A stretch of 29,250 bases of DNA, from positions 1-29,250 of the forward strand of contig NW_021833353.1 of assembly GCF_006345805.1 (NCBI RefSeq), given 5' to 3'. The translations under genes were made by a program, and so were the position numbers. The DNA is from Octopus sinensis. Lineage: Eukaryota. How positions within the stretch are numbered: the first letter of the stretch is position 1; every line of letters begins with the position of its first letter. Under the pieces are notes generated by a model. The model was not told where the DNA came from. It saw only the letters and a program-made list of their open reading frames with translations, and did no database searches. Of this stretch, positions 10,886 through 22,492 are shown piece by piece.

Positions 10886-11332
10886 ATACTGCTCAATACC
10901 ACAAATTTGTTAGTCAGTTGTTTGAACTTAACCAGTTGAGCATGTCCCTTAGTGGCTGACGATATGAGCATCTCTGATCACGAGCAGTAGTAGTGGGGGA
11001 AGCATCATAGCCATGTGTTAAAAGGAATTCTTAGGGGGGTTTGAATAATTCACTTCTGGAAACTTGGGTGTTTTGTTCATCATCATTAAACAAACCTTAT
11101 TCAGGGACCTTTTCAGTAGGACGGGCGATTCGACTTTAAAAAAATTCTTACAGGGCTCCACCTGCAAGGTCATGCGCTGTTTATCTTGATATGAGATCAC
11201 CATCTCGCGCACATATGGTTGCGATGCATGTGCCTGGTGTACCCTTATCAGACGGGTAGTCATGATGGGTATACTGGGCTTCGTATATTTTACCCCAGTG
11301 TCACTTTGATGGCATGCGCTGCTCTTTCACAC
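10886..11332 (-). mobile_element. Family E element, inverted relative to 9181-9700, followed by (AAT)n/(GAT)n
   Basis: ...cctggtgtacccttatcagacgggtagtcatgatgggtatactgggcttcgtatattttacccc is the reverse complement of 9219-9280. Confidence 0.88.
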
Positions 11333-11358
11333 AATAATAACAACAATAATAATAATAC

Positions 11359-11533
<175 letters not shown>

Positions 11534-11799
11534 CACTTCAATTAGTTTTTCACAGTTGTTTCACAGAAATCCGTGTTGATGCTTGGAAAAGCAAATTAAT
11601 TTATTTAGAAGGTTGAGAAAAGCCAGACTTTCAAGAAACCTGCGTCACAACACATGCATACAAACACATACATACATACATACATACATACATACATACA
11701 TACATACATACATACATACATACATACATACATACGTACATACATTCATATACGTACATGAATTCATATACACATATATATATATATATCTAATTCCTT

Positions 11800-11839
<40 letters not shown>

Positions 11840-12107
11840 TTGCACACATACATACATACACGCACACACACATATATAATTCTAAATTGTGTAAGAGGTA
11901 CGCGTAAAATGCAGGCTACATATATTTCTTAGCTAGCTGATCCTCTGACCTAATATTTACTCAACGAGGTTTGCTCAACTTCGCTAATCATCAGGCTGAA
12001 ATTACCTTAATTAAGTGAACATTGTTGCTTGGAATTTCGAAGTTACCTTATTCTGTACTTTGGTCTGTCTTAGCTATTCATTTCAACTCACATCTGCGAA
12101 GTACTCT

Positions 12108-12523
12108 TTACTCTTACTCTTTTACTTGTTTCAGTCATGCTGGAGCACCACCTTTAGTCGAGCAAATCGACCCTAGGACTTATTCTTTGTAAGCTTAGTA
12201 CTTATTCTATCGGTCTCCTTTGCGCGAACCGCTAAGTTACGGGGACGTAAACACACCAGCATCGGTTGTCAAGCGCTGTTGGGGGAACAGAAACACACAC
12301 ACACAAACACACATATACACATATTATATATATATATTTATATATACATACATATATACGAAGGGCTTCTTTCAGTTTCCGTCTACCAAATCCACTCACA
12401 AGACTTTAATCGGCCCGAAACTATAGCAGAAGACACTTACACAAGATGCCACGCAGTGGGACTGAATCCGGAACCATGTGGTTGGTAAGCAAGCTACTTA
12501 CCACACAGCCACTCCCGCGCCTA
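12108..12523 (-). mobile_element. Full-length SINE family C
   Basis: Colinear with 4925-5326. Confidence 0.9.
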
Positions 12524-12606
12524 TTAACTTGGAATTTTCAAATGGCACTGTAACCTTCATTTGTTTAAGGTAATCTCTGCCTGATGATTAGTTAAACAAG
12601 ACTCAC

Positions 12607-12711
12607 TGGAGAGTTAAATCTTCTATACTGAAACGGGACATCGTCTCTTGAGTCTATGCGACGGAGGCTCTTTTCTTCTAATCGATACATCCCACGTGCG
12701 GAAAAGACAGG
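12607..12711 (-). CDS. Candidate coding exon (PVFSARGMYRLEEKSLRRIDSRDDVPFQYRRFNSP), unknown gene
   Basis: Donor cca|GTGAGT at 12601-12606; acceptor cacctctctcag| (alternatives extend to 12730 or 12736); only one frame open; unique, GC-richer island. No homology recognised. Confidence 0.35.
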
Positions 12712-13013
12712 CTGAGAGAGGTGATCTTTTCTGTTGCTGTCACAGGTTTTGAAATATTACAATTAAGTGAAAATTTTAAAATTTCGTATATTGATGTACT
12801 TTTTCACGCTGAACCTATTATTGTGATGCATTTATTCCAGAATATTTTGTTTTGGAAAAGTGTTAGAGATGCTTAAAATTTGATGATCTTTATCTAACCA
12901 AAATCCAAAATTTGGAACCCAGCATTTTCTACAGGATAGCTGTCTATCACAAAGTGAATGGAAACTTTACAGCGGCAAAGTTTTAAACAAAATGAAAGCA
13001 ATGAAATGTCATA

Positions 13014-13055
<42 letters not shown>

Positions 13056-13058
13056 AGG

Positions 13059-13096
<38 letters not shown>

Positions 13097-13110
13097 TTGG
13101 GTAAGATATA

Positions 13111-13160
<50 letters not shown>

Positions 13161-13418
13161 AGCGATCTAAAAGTTGAGCTATTTCCCGTATCAAATTATA
13201 CTTTTCGATTACTATTTACCGAAAACCTATTTGGGACGCAGGTTCCGAAAATAAAGCAAATCTGTTTCTGTCGAGGACCCAACGATTCAGAACTTTTCGT
13301 GGTTATAAACACATACATTTATATACACACATACACATACACACACACACATTACATATATGTATGTATACATATATACGTATATATATATATACATATA
13401 TATGTATAGATATATATG

Positions 13419-13490
<72 letters not shown>

Positions 13491-13699
13491 CACACACACA
13501 CAAAAACACATATATATATTATGTATGTATGCATGTATACCGATATATGTAATATTCTCCGCTTTATTTTCTCATCGCTTACTCATAACAAACTTCTGCC
13601 ATGTTTTAGAATTAACCTGAAATTTGTTAACTGGCATCAAAGAGCGGTAATATGCTTATATATATATATATACGTTGATGTTCAAATCAACGACAACAA

Positions 13700-13712
13700 C
13701 GACGACGATAAC

Positions 13713-13744
<32 letters not shown>

Positions 13745-13745
13745 A

Positions 13746-13778
<33 letters not shown>

Positions 13779-14028
13779 GGTGGTGGTGGTGGTGAAGCGG
13801 ATGGTGAAAATGATGATTAATAATGATGTTGGTGGTGATAGAGATCCAGATAACGCTGCAAGGTAGATGGTTAGTGTGATGACAACAACATGGAGTGTCA
13901 TAACGATTATAATAAGCATTGACTTGGCGATGGCGATGGCAATGGCGATGGCGATGGCAATGGCAATGGCGATGGCGATGGCGATGGCGATGGCGACGAC
14001 GATGACAACGACTACGACGACAATATTA

Positions 14029-14083
<55 letters not shown>

Positions 14084-14370
14084 CGACGACGACGATGGCG
14101 ACGACTATGGCGACGATAAGGGAGATGATGATGAGGCTGATGATCTTCAGTAATGAAAAAGTTCATTATGATGATGTTGAAAGTGAAGATGACGACGACG
14201 ACGATGATGAAGATGAAGATGATGATAGTGATGAAAAATGTAATTATGATGTTGAAAGTGAAGACGACGACGATGACGATGCTGCTAATGATGATGATGA
14301 TGATGATGACGACCACAATTACGACGACGATGATAATGATGATGATGACGACGACGATTAAAGCGGTTTG
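13700..14370. repeat. Degenerate (GAT/GAC/GGT)n field with (ATGGCR)n hexamer and a duplicated ~75-nt unit
   Basis: tgatgttgaaagtgaaga(t/c)gacgacga occurs twice (~14170 and ~14250). Confidence 0.9.
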
Positions 14371-14588
14371 TGGTGATGACACAAGTTGTATATACCTAGC
14401 AGTCAAACCATCTCATCCCCCCCACAAACATGTACATACACACATACACACAACACAATGCTGGTACACCACCACCACCACCACCACCACCACTATTACT
14501 ACTGCTATTACCACTACTACAGCCAATACCATTGCTTCCACCAACCCTTCATCCCCCCACACACACTTTACACAACAGTTAAAGTTAC

Positions 14589-14684
14589 CGCCATTTCGTT
14601 TCGGGAAATAAAACAGTTATTATCGGCTGCGATCGACTTCACGGTTCTGTAACTTTCTTTCTGAGATTCCAGATAAGCAGCCAT
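14589..14684 (-). CDS. Candidate first coding exon (MAAYLESQKESYRTVKSIAADNNCFISRNEMA), unknown gene
   Basis: aacaaATGG start context with an in-frame upstream stop, 32 open codons, donor gcg|GTAACT; phase 0, compatible with the 12607-12711 exon. Confidence 0.3.
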
Positions 14685-15164
14685 TTGTTAGGCATGTGTT
14701 ATAGACATGTGCGTGAATGTATGTGTACGTGTGCGCACGTATGAGTTTGTGTGCGTATATTTGTGTGTGTAATATATGCATATACAATGTTATAGATTAT
14801 ACATATACTATATTATACTATATTATACTGTAATATGATATATCATTTATAGTGTGTATTATAGTTTATTATTACTAAGTATTTATATATTTACTGAAAG
14901 TTTAAAATTTCGCAAAACATTACTCCGAGTTTCTTGTTTCCGATCTCTAAATTCTCGGACGATAACGAGAAAAAGAATCCAGAAAAAATCCTACAGTACA
15001 TACATATATACATACATACATACATACATACATACATTACATACATACGTACGTACGTACGTACGTACATACATACATACATACATACATACATACATAC
15101 ATACATACATACATACTACATACATACATAAAAACATGCATGCATGCGTACATACATACTGGGA

Positions 15165-15312
15165 CTGCATCGGTTACGGAACAGCCTGCTTTTGAAATTA
15201 ACGTGCATGTAGCTCTGTACTCCACAGATACATGTTTCTTTGATGTAGTTCTCGGAGATTCAGCATGAGTCAGAATGTGACAGGGCTGTTCCTTTGAAAT
15301 ACAGATACTATT
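15165..15312 (-). mobile_element. SINE module X fragment inside (ACAT)/(ACGT)n
   Basis: Degenerate match to 2030-2165. Confidence 0.8.
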
Positions 15313-16450
15313 CCTTTTTGCCGTACGTACGTACGTACGTACATACATACATACATACATACATACATACATACATACATACATACATACACATATACAT
15401 ACATACATACATACATACATACATACATACATACATACTTACATGCATACATACTTACAGACATACGTGCATAAACACACACACTCACACATATATACAT
15501 AATACATAGATATATATACACTCGCACATGGAGCAAAGCCTCTTAAAACTAAAAACCTCGAATTAAGCGTTATAGTATAATTAAACAATCAATGAAAACA
15601 ATGAAGTATTAATGTATTATTATTCAAGCAAGAAAACCCCATAAACCACGAACCCTTTGACAGGTTGAACCTTACAAGAAAGAACAACAACCCAGAACAA
15701 CATGATTCCAATATATAATAGATTTACAGATAACAAGCATATAAAACACATTCCTATCATCAGCTGTCTAACAGACATCACTATGGTTTCGACACATATA
15801 CCGAATCTAATTATGATGTGGGAGAATCATTAGAGTGGAAGACAAAATGCATTGCAGCATTTGTTCTGAGTCTCCCATCGGGGTCATATTTGGGCTACAA
15901 TAGATTATAGACCCAAGCGAGAGTGATAGATTGGACAACATGTTTTCCAGTAGTTGTTCTGATTCTTTGCATTCCAAGTGTCATGCAGGGTATAAGACGT
16001 TTGGTGTCGCTGATACGATGCTGACTTATTTGACTTCAACTCAGAATGTAAAGAGCAGGAGCAAATACAGCCTGGCATTTTTTTAGAATAACAAGAGATA
16101 AATAAATAAATGCATGGAGAAAATATTCTTGCTTATTGAAAGGCGAGGCTGCGCACCCATATGGACTGGAAAGCAATTTAATCATAAAAAAGATACATTA
16201 AAAACTAATTAAGTCAAAGGCGTTACCTATAAAATATATAATATCTAAAGTTGTTAAAACGGATAATATGATAAAAATAATTGTAGCAAATTCCATATGG
16301 ATAGAGAAACAGAATTTCTGGAATTAAATACCTAATTAAATTTCGATTAAATTGTAAACAAAAAAACCCCAGAAAATTGGATAAAATCAATAAGTATGCA
16401 TAAACATATATTTTTTTAAAACTGTTAAATGAAACAGAAGTAGTATTAGA

Positions 16451-16825
16451 TTAAAATATCCATCTATGTATCATACTTAACGCAAGTGCATCGTGAAAAG
16501 ACAAATTAATAGCGGTATTCGTCCAGAGATAATATCTCTTATGGACGAGTGGCTAATCACAATACCAATGATTTGTGCAATTACTGTTTTCCTATATCAC
16601 AAGCGACGGATTTCGTCTAAGGATGCAGTCGGCAAAGCACAACGAAGCAGAAATACTCATCCAGCATCCTCACTGCCGATGCTGGACAACATTCGTCTGC
16701 TACTGATGTATTTGGGCTTTCAGTGCTGTACGTCCATAAGATATATCTTCAGACGATACCATAGTTAATTTGCCTTTCCGCGTTGTATTCGCATTAAGTA
16801 GATAAACAGATGGATATAATTTTAA
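16451..16825. mobile_element. MITE-like element, copy 2 (~375 bp, uninterrupted)
   Basis: Imperfect TIRs 16451-16547 and 16731-16825, both bounded by ttaa; homologous to 2855-3757. Confidence 0.75.
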
Positions 16826-16959
16826 GCAGAAGAAAATTTACGGTGCTAAAATGTGAGAAAAAGAAACAGCACTGGAGGTCTGACAGCGTAGACTAAAGTC
16901 CAATTACTTTTGGTGTCGTAAATTAAGGTGATGCGTGATTTTCCTGAAGGTATCGAGGG

Positions 16960-18130
16960 GCGTGTCCACAAGAAGTTAAAATATTTTAAGTTTAATTCGT
17001 AATAGAAAATGAGCAGCTTTTCGTATAGACAATAACAGTGAATCTAAGATCTGGTTCTTATGTAGTGATACGAAGGTGTCCTGTTCATGATTGATGAATT
17101 GAGTTTCTCACAAGCCAAATATACTTTCACAAAGTAGTTACCAATGTTCTTTTTTAATATTAACAAAGAAAAGGAGTGTCGGTGCGGATAAGTCGACTTT
17201 TTAAAATCATCTTCCGTCAATCTAGTATAAGATGACAACTTCGAATTAATGTTCAAAAACACTTTATATCAATGATTTTGTCAGGCAGTTATCTTCCAGG
17301 GAGTACTTTTCACACAAGGCCTTGGTTTATTTAGCCGAAGAATATGAAATAATTGGCTGAGAGAACCATTTACCACAATGAATTCTGATGGAACTAGCAT
17401 AGTTTTTACATGCAGGATAGTTCACTTTAATGCATTATAATTTGAACATTTTGTGTTATTTGTGGTTCGTTGGAAAATGTTAAGATATTGAACAAAGAAA
17501 CTCTTTCGTTGTGTTAGCTTTCACATTGAAACTGAACACTGAATTAGGAATTTTATGTCTTTTGTTCCGAAGCTTCTGGATGTTTATGAGAAATAAATAT
17601 CATTTTATTTTCTCAGAGAAACCATTGTTTTAGAAGGCGACATTATAGCAGTAAGAGGCACATACAAACGAGGTTTTATGCAGATGCGCTAATCAGTTTT
17701 AGATTAATGATTAAAACGCTTATTTATTTAACAACATTTCATGTTAGAATTATTGTACCATCTAAACTTATTAGTATTAAGAACCAGGATAAATTCTCAA
17801 AACAAAAAAAAGATCAACTATAGTAAAATTAGTGTCCGAGATAACACGTAATCCTACTTCAATAAAAGCTTTATTCGGGCTCTCCCAGATATATTTAGCT
17901 AATATCCACTCAAACGTATTTCTTGATGTTAACAGTCCATCATCTCTATAAATATCGCTTTTTTCTACCCTTTTATTTTTTATCACCAAAATAGCCTTCT
18001 AACATAAAACTAATATGTTTACAAATATGTACCTCATATCTTTGAGCAGCTTTTGCACTTTCTTTACAATTTAACCGCATTTTCATTCAATATATTTAAT
18101 TAAAAAGAAAAACACTTTGTTCCTACGAAA
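16960..18130 (-). pseudogene. Decayed Penelope-like retroelement (RT C-terminal half, Cys linker, GIY-YIG endonuclease)
   Basis: Minus-strand translation with stops and frameshifts: IYRDDGLLTSRN..GLRVISDTNFTIVD (17777-17989), FSFNVKANTTKEFL..*HFPTNHK*HKMF..IKVNY, LEDNCLTKSLI, YTRLTEDDFKK..HRHSF, TTL*KYIW, CLYEKLLI, ILTSCGH; motif order matches PLEs with a C-terminal endonuclease. Confidence 0.88.
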
Positions 18131-18309
18131 TTGAAATTTTCTATGCACATTTTCGTTTTCGTATGGTTATTTCGTTACAAGCTATTGTATTTAATAGTTG
18201 CGCATTTTTGCTCCAATAGCATTTTTAATACACTTTATTTTACAATTAAATCGTGTCCTACCTCATTCAGTAATTCTTATGACCCATATTACCATTCATC
18301 ATGAAATTG

Positions 18310-18430
18310 TTTGTTGTTGTTGTTGTTGTTGTTGTTGTGTTGTTCTTCTTCTTCTTCTTCTTCTTCTCTTCTTCTTCTTCTTCTTCTTCTTCTTCTTCTT
18401 CTTCTTCTTCTTCTTCTTCTTCTTCTTCTT

Positions 18431-18461
<31 letters not shown>

Positions 18462-18490
18462 GTAGCAGTAGTAGTAGCAGCACTACTACA

Positions 18491-18525
<35 letters not shown>

Positions 18526-18563
18526 CTACTACTACCACAACCACCACCACCACCACCACCACC

Positions 18564-18625
<62 letters not shown>
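18310..18625. repeat. Compound (GTT)n-(CTT)n-(AGT/ACT)n-(ACC)n-(ACT)n microsatellite
   Basis: About 120 bp of nearly pure (CTT)n at ~18342-18460. Confidence 0.95.
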
Positions 18626-18628
<3 letters not shown>

Positions 18629-18892
18629 AATTCATTGTAGTCACTCCCATTTATCTCCGCCCCGTCTCGATCTTTCGTTATATGGAATTCTTTTCAAATT
18701 AGTTGCATGAGTGAACAATCAAAACTTGTTTATCGTTTGAATATTTTCTGCAGGATAACATACATACAGAGACCAGACGCGCAGACACACACGCACACAA
18801 GCATAAAGATATATATGCGGATATATATACACATTTACTATTTATATACATACATACATACATATATATAATATATATATATATATATATAC

Positions 18893-18950
<58 letters not shown>

Positions 18951-18980
18951 ATATATTATATATGTATATGTATATATATG

Positions 18981-19013
<33 letters not shown>

Positions 19014-19034
19014 ATCTATATATATATATATATA

Positions 19035-19077
<43 letters not shown>

Positions 19078-19079
<2 letters not shown>

Positions 19080-19400
19080 TCTTTTTATTTGTTTCAGTCA
19101 TTTGACTGCGGCCATGCTGGAACACTACCTTTTGTCGACCAAATTGACACCATGACTTATTTCTTTTAAGCCTAGTACTTATTCTATCGGTCTGTTTTGC
19201 CGAACCGCTAAGTTACGGGGATGTAAACACACCAACATCGTTTGTCAAGCGATAGTGGGGGGGGGGCACACAAACCAACACACACACACACACACACACC
19301 ACATATATATATATACGACGGGCTTCTTCCATTTTACCAAATCCACTCACAAGGCTTTGTTTGGGCCGAGGCTAATGTAGAAGATATTTTCCCAAGATAT
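19078..19400 (-). mobile_element. SINE family C lacking the head
   Basis: Colinear with 4925-5245. Confidence 0.85.
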
Positions 19401-19781
19401 ACATACATACATACATACATACACTACACACACACACACACACACACATAAGATTCTGGGATGAGGTGTCGGAAGAAAGTTAGCTTCAAGCAATACGTAG
19501 TAAATATAAAAAAAAAACAACTTTCTGGGACAATAGTGGTTTACTGAGACGGAGGGTTGTGTATTTTTTTTGTATGGAAGTACGAGAAACTGAAAAAAAG
19601 TTCTTTTTATATTTCACGGTAGGCGACCAGGGTTGCCGAGTGTGCGAATAAGAATACACGAGTTAAGGAATGGAGCAGATAAGATCCGAGCTGCATATGT
19701 TTCATAGTGAGCGAGACCTCACAAGTGGTAAATATTCAAGCGAGGTGTATACCATAGGCTACTCTTTAGGCTAAGGATATC

Positions 19782-19949
19782 TTTACATTATTTACATTAT
19801 TTACAATTGATGGATACTTGTCCTCATCTTGTTTCTTGTTAATACAACGTTTCGGTTGATAGACCCTCCAACCTTGGTGTCTTGGAGAAATTTCGAACCT
19901 GGGTTCTCATTCCTAAGGTATTTTTCGAAGTTGGTGTTGTTGTTCTTGC

Positions 19950-19993
<44 letters not shown>

Positions 19994-19995
19994 TA

Positions 19996-20027
<32 letters not shown>

Positions 20028-20087
20028 TCACTGCCTGGAATCGAACTCAGAATCTTGGGATCAGTAGCCTGCGCTCTGAACAACTAG
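19782..20087 (-). mobile_element. Composite element: tRNA-like head + (AAT)n + hammerhead-bearing Penelope-type tail
   Basis: Minus strand: tagttgttcagagcgcaggc...gagttcgattccagg (B box), (aat)n, then taccttaggaatgagaacc...gacacc[5-nt deletion]aaggttggagggtctatcaaccgaaacgttgtatt. Confidence 0.75.
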
Positions 20088-20132
20088 TGATTAAGTATGT
20101 GTGTATGTATTATGTATGTATGTACGTATGTT

Positions 20133-20381
20133 GAGGTGTGTGGCCTAGTAGTTAGGATGTTGCACTTATTATAGTGAAATTGTAAGATTGTGGTTTCAGT
20201 TCCTGGTCCTGACAATGCCTTAGGAATGAGAACCTAGATTCGAAATTTCCCCAAGACACCTGATGAAGGCTGGAGGGTATATCAGCCAAAACTTTGAGTT
20301 AACAAGATGAGGACAAATATCCGTCAATTGTAAATAATGTAAATAATGTACATAATTCCTCATCTCTTAAATATAGAACTG
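20133..20381 (+). mobile_element. tRNA-like SINE head fused to a second copy of the hammerhead-bearing tail
   Basis: Head 20133-20217 (variant shared with 7946 and 21300); tail 20218-20381 matches the reverse complement of 19782-19918. Confidence 0.8.
20255..20300 (+). ncRNA. Degenerate minimal type I hammerhead ribozyme motif (probably inactive in this copy)
   Basis: gacac-CTGATGA-a-GGCTG(gagggtatat)CAGCC-aaaac-ttt-gagtt; the GAAAC-GTT-GT part is intact in the minus-strand copy. Confidence 0.7.
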
Positions 20382-20644
20382 CACAAGGATATCTTGTTTA
20401 ACTGAAAGTTTACATTGTCGCAAGGATGTACATGTTAACACATGGAAGATTCATTTTTAAAGTCTCAATCTAACAACATGTGATACTTTTATGTAGATTA
20501 GCCCTAATGAGATTTACTCATATAATATTCTAAATACAAATTTCACATTATCTTATTTATAAATTTGTAATTAGTATTGAGTAAAATTGAAACAATTGTT
20601 GGTATTTTTATTAACTATATGTTGATAAATTATTTTATATCTAT

Positions 20645-20822
20645 ATACTCTTCATCTTCTTTTCTCTCCTTGTTTCTCACCTAGTTTCTTTCTGTGTTCC
20701 TTTCTACCGAAGAACGTAGGCTTGAAACGTTAAAGACTTTTTCAATTTCCGAGCGTTATACTAATACATCTGTTTGTTTTCTAGACCACCTGTCTTCGTC
20801 TTTTGTTTTTTTCGTGAATTCT

Positions 20823-20825
<3 letters not shown>
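20645..20825 (+). mobile_element. Second Penelope-type terminal repeat fragment with a hammerhead-shaped motif at 20700-20735
   Basis: cttt-ctaccga-a-gaac(gtag)gctt-GAAAC-GTT-aaag followed by a T-rich tail. Confidence 0.45.
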
Positions 20826-20871
<46 letters not shown>

Positions 20872-20877
20872 AGTATG

Positions 20878-20936
<59 letters not shown>

Positions 20937-21300
20937 TATATTATGTAAGTATGTAATATATATATGTATGTGTATATATATATATATATTGCGTATATGT
21001 GTGTGTATGTGCGTACATGTGTGTGCGTGTATGCATGTGTGTGTATGTAGGTGTGTAGGCGTGTGTGTATAGGTGTATGTATGTAAGTATGTATGGGTGT
21101 GTCCGTGTATGTGTGTGTATGTAGGTGTGTGGGCGTGTGTATATAGGTGTATGTATGTATGTCTGGGTGTGTCCGTGCATTTGTGTGTGTTGTGTGTATG
21201 CATGTGTATGTAGGTGTGTGTGTACGTATAATATTATATATATATATATTATATATATACATATATATATTATATATATATATATGTATGTATGTATGTT
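20825..21300. repeat. (TA)n/(TG)n compound microsatellite
   Basis: Direct inspection. Confidence 0.9.
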
Positions 21301-21415
21301 GAGTTGCGTGGCCTACTGTTAGGGTGTTGCACTTATTATAGTGAAATTGTAAGATTGTGCCTTCAGTTCCTGATCCGGACAATGCGTTGTGTTCTTGTGC
21401 AAAACACTTCATTTG
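21300..21415 (+). mobile_element. Degenerate tRNA/CORE-type SINE head variant
   Basis: Closely similar to 20133-20217 including ttattatagtgaaattgtaag. Confidence 0.8.
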
Positions 21416-22315
21416 AGGAGGCTCCTGTGGATGAGGAGGTCTGACTTTGAAGGACTCGAAACCACATCATCCCTGGTGATGCATCCCTGGGCATCCGTAA
21501 TATGTATCACGGAACTTTGTTCGGCTTTCTGGTCCATGAATAACTATCACCGAGAGATCGGGTTGGAAAAAGTCAGAATAATGATTTGTATTTGTATGTG
21601 TGGTTGTGTATGTGCTTGTATAGACGTGTTTGTGTGTACATGTATGTATGTATACAGTATACATACAAACACACACACACACACACACTCACACGTACAC
21701 ACGCACACACATTCACACGTACAAACACACAAACACACATATATATATATACACACACATACATACACACGCCTATGCATGCATATCTGTAGACACAAAA
21801 TCAAATACTTATATCCATAATTGTATCTATACATGTGTATATGGATATACATACATACATACATACATACATACATACATACATACATACATACACTCGT
21901 ACGTACATATACACACATATATAAAGACAAACATATCTATACAGATACACAACCATACTCTTGTATCTATAACTGTATCTCCATGTACATACATATAGAC
22001 CAATGTGTGTGCGCGTGTGTGTATGTGTGTGTACGTGTGTAGGGATGTGTGTGTACGTGTGTAGGGTTGTGTGTGTACATAGTTAAATACGGGTTTGTAT
22101 AATGTTATAGTTAATGCGTGTAAAATAGGGAAAGATTATTTGATTAATTTCAGTGTTGAAAACAATTTGTGAATACATATTTCAGTCGGTCATCGTTTGT
22201 AAATCTTATATTATAGCCATATCGATTATAGCGAAATCGAACAATAAATCACCGTGTTTAACCAGTGACTTGTATCAATTAGAAATAATTGAATGGGCAT
22301 AAATTCTGTGAGAAA

Positions 22316-22379
22316 CCAATAATATATCACGTGATTGCTATTTCCCGTAGTGTGGTTGTTGCGTTGCCACGACGTAAGT
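22316..22379 (+). promoter_or_regulatory. Possible promoter or first-exon signal cluster
   Basis: CCAAT (22316-22320), palindromic ATCACGTGAT E-box (22326-22335), TTTCCCG, GTTGCC, then gac|GTAAGT donor, in unique sequence. Confidence 0.2.
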
Positions 22380-22455
22380 TACAATCAATACAAAAACAGT
22401 GGAAGAGTGCAAAGAACGATTGTATATGGGAAAATTAAATCATTAATGAAAAGCG

Positions 22456-22492
<37 letters not shown>

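Noticed and set aside
13582-13615. 34-nt minus-strand exon candidate (tttcag|...|GTAAGC)
   Set aside because: Its phase-1 end fits the 12607 exon only through a poor AAG acceptor, so it was left out of the model.
13867-14611. Acidic, Met-rich and poly-His ORFs resembling biomineralisation or low-complexity proteins
   Set aside because: Overlapping frames are open at once because of the GAT/GAC repeat; no splice or start context supports any one of them.
15720-16080. Unique segment with short open frames on both strands
   Set aside because: All frames are interrupted by stops within about 55 codons and no motif was recognised.
16520-16556. Helitron 3' end (hairpin followed by CTAA)
   Set aside because: The hairpin is part of a motif arranged as inverted terminal pairs, which fits a TIR element better.
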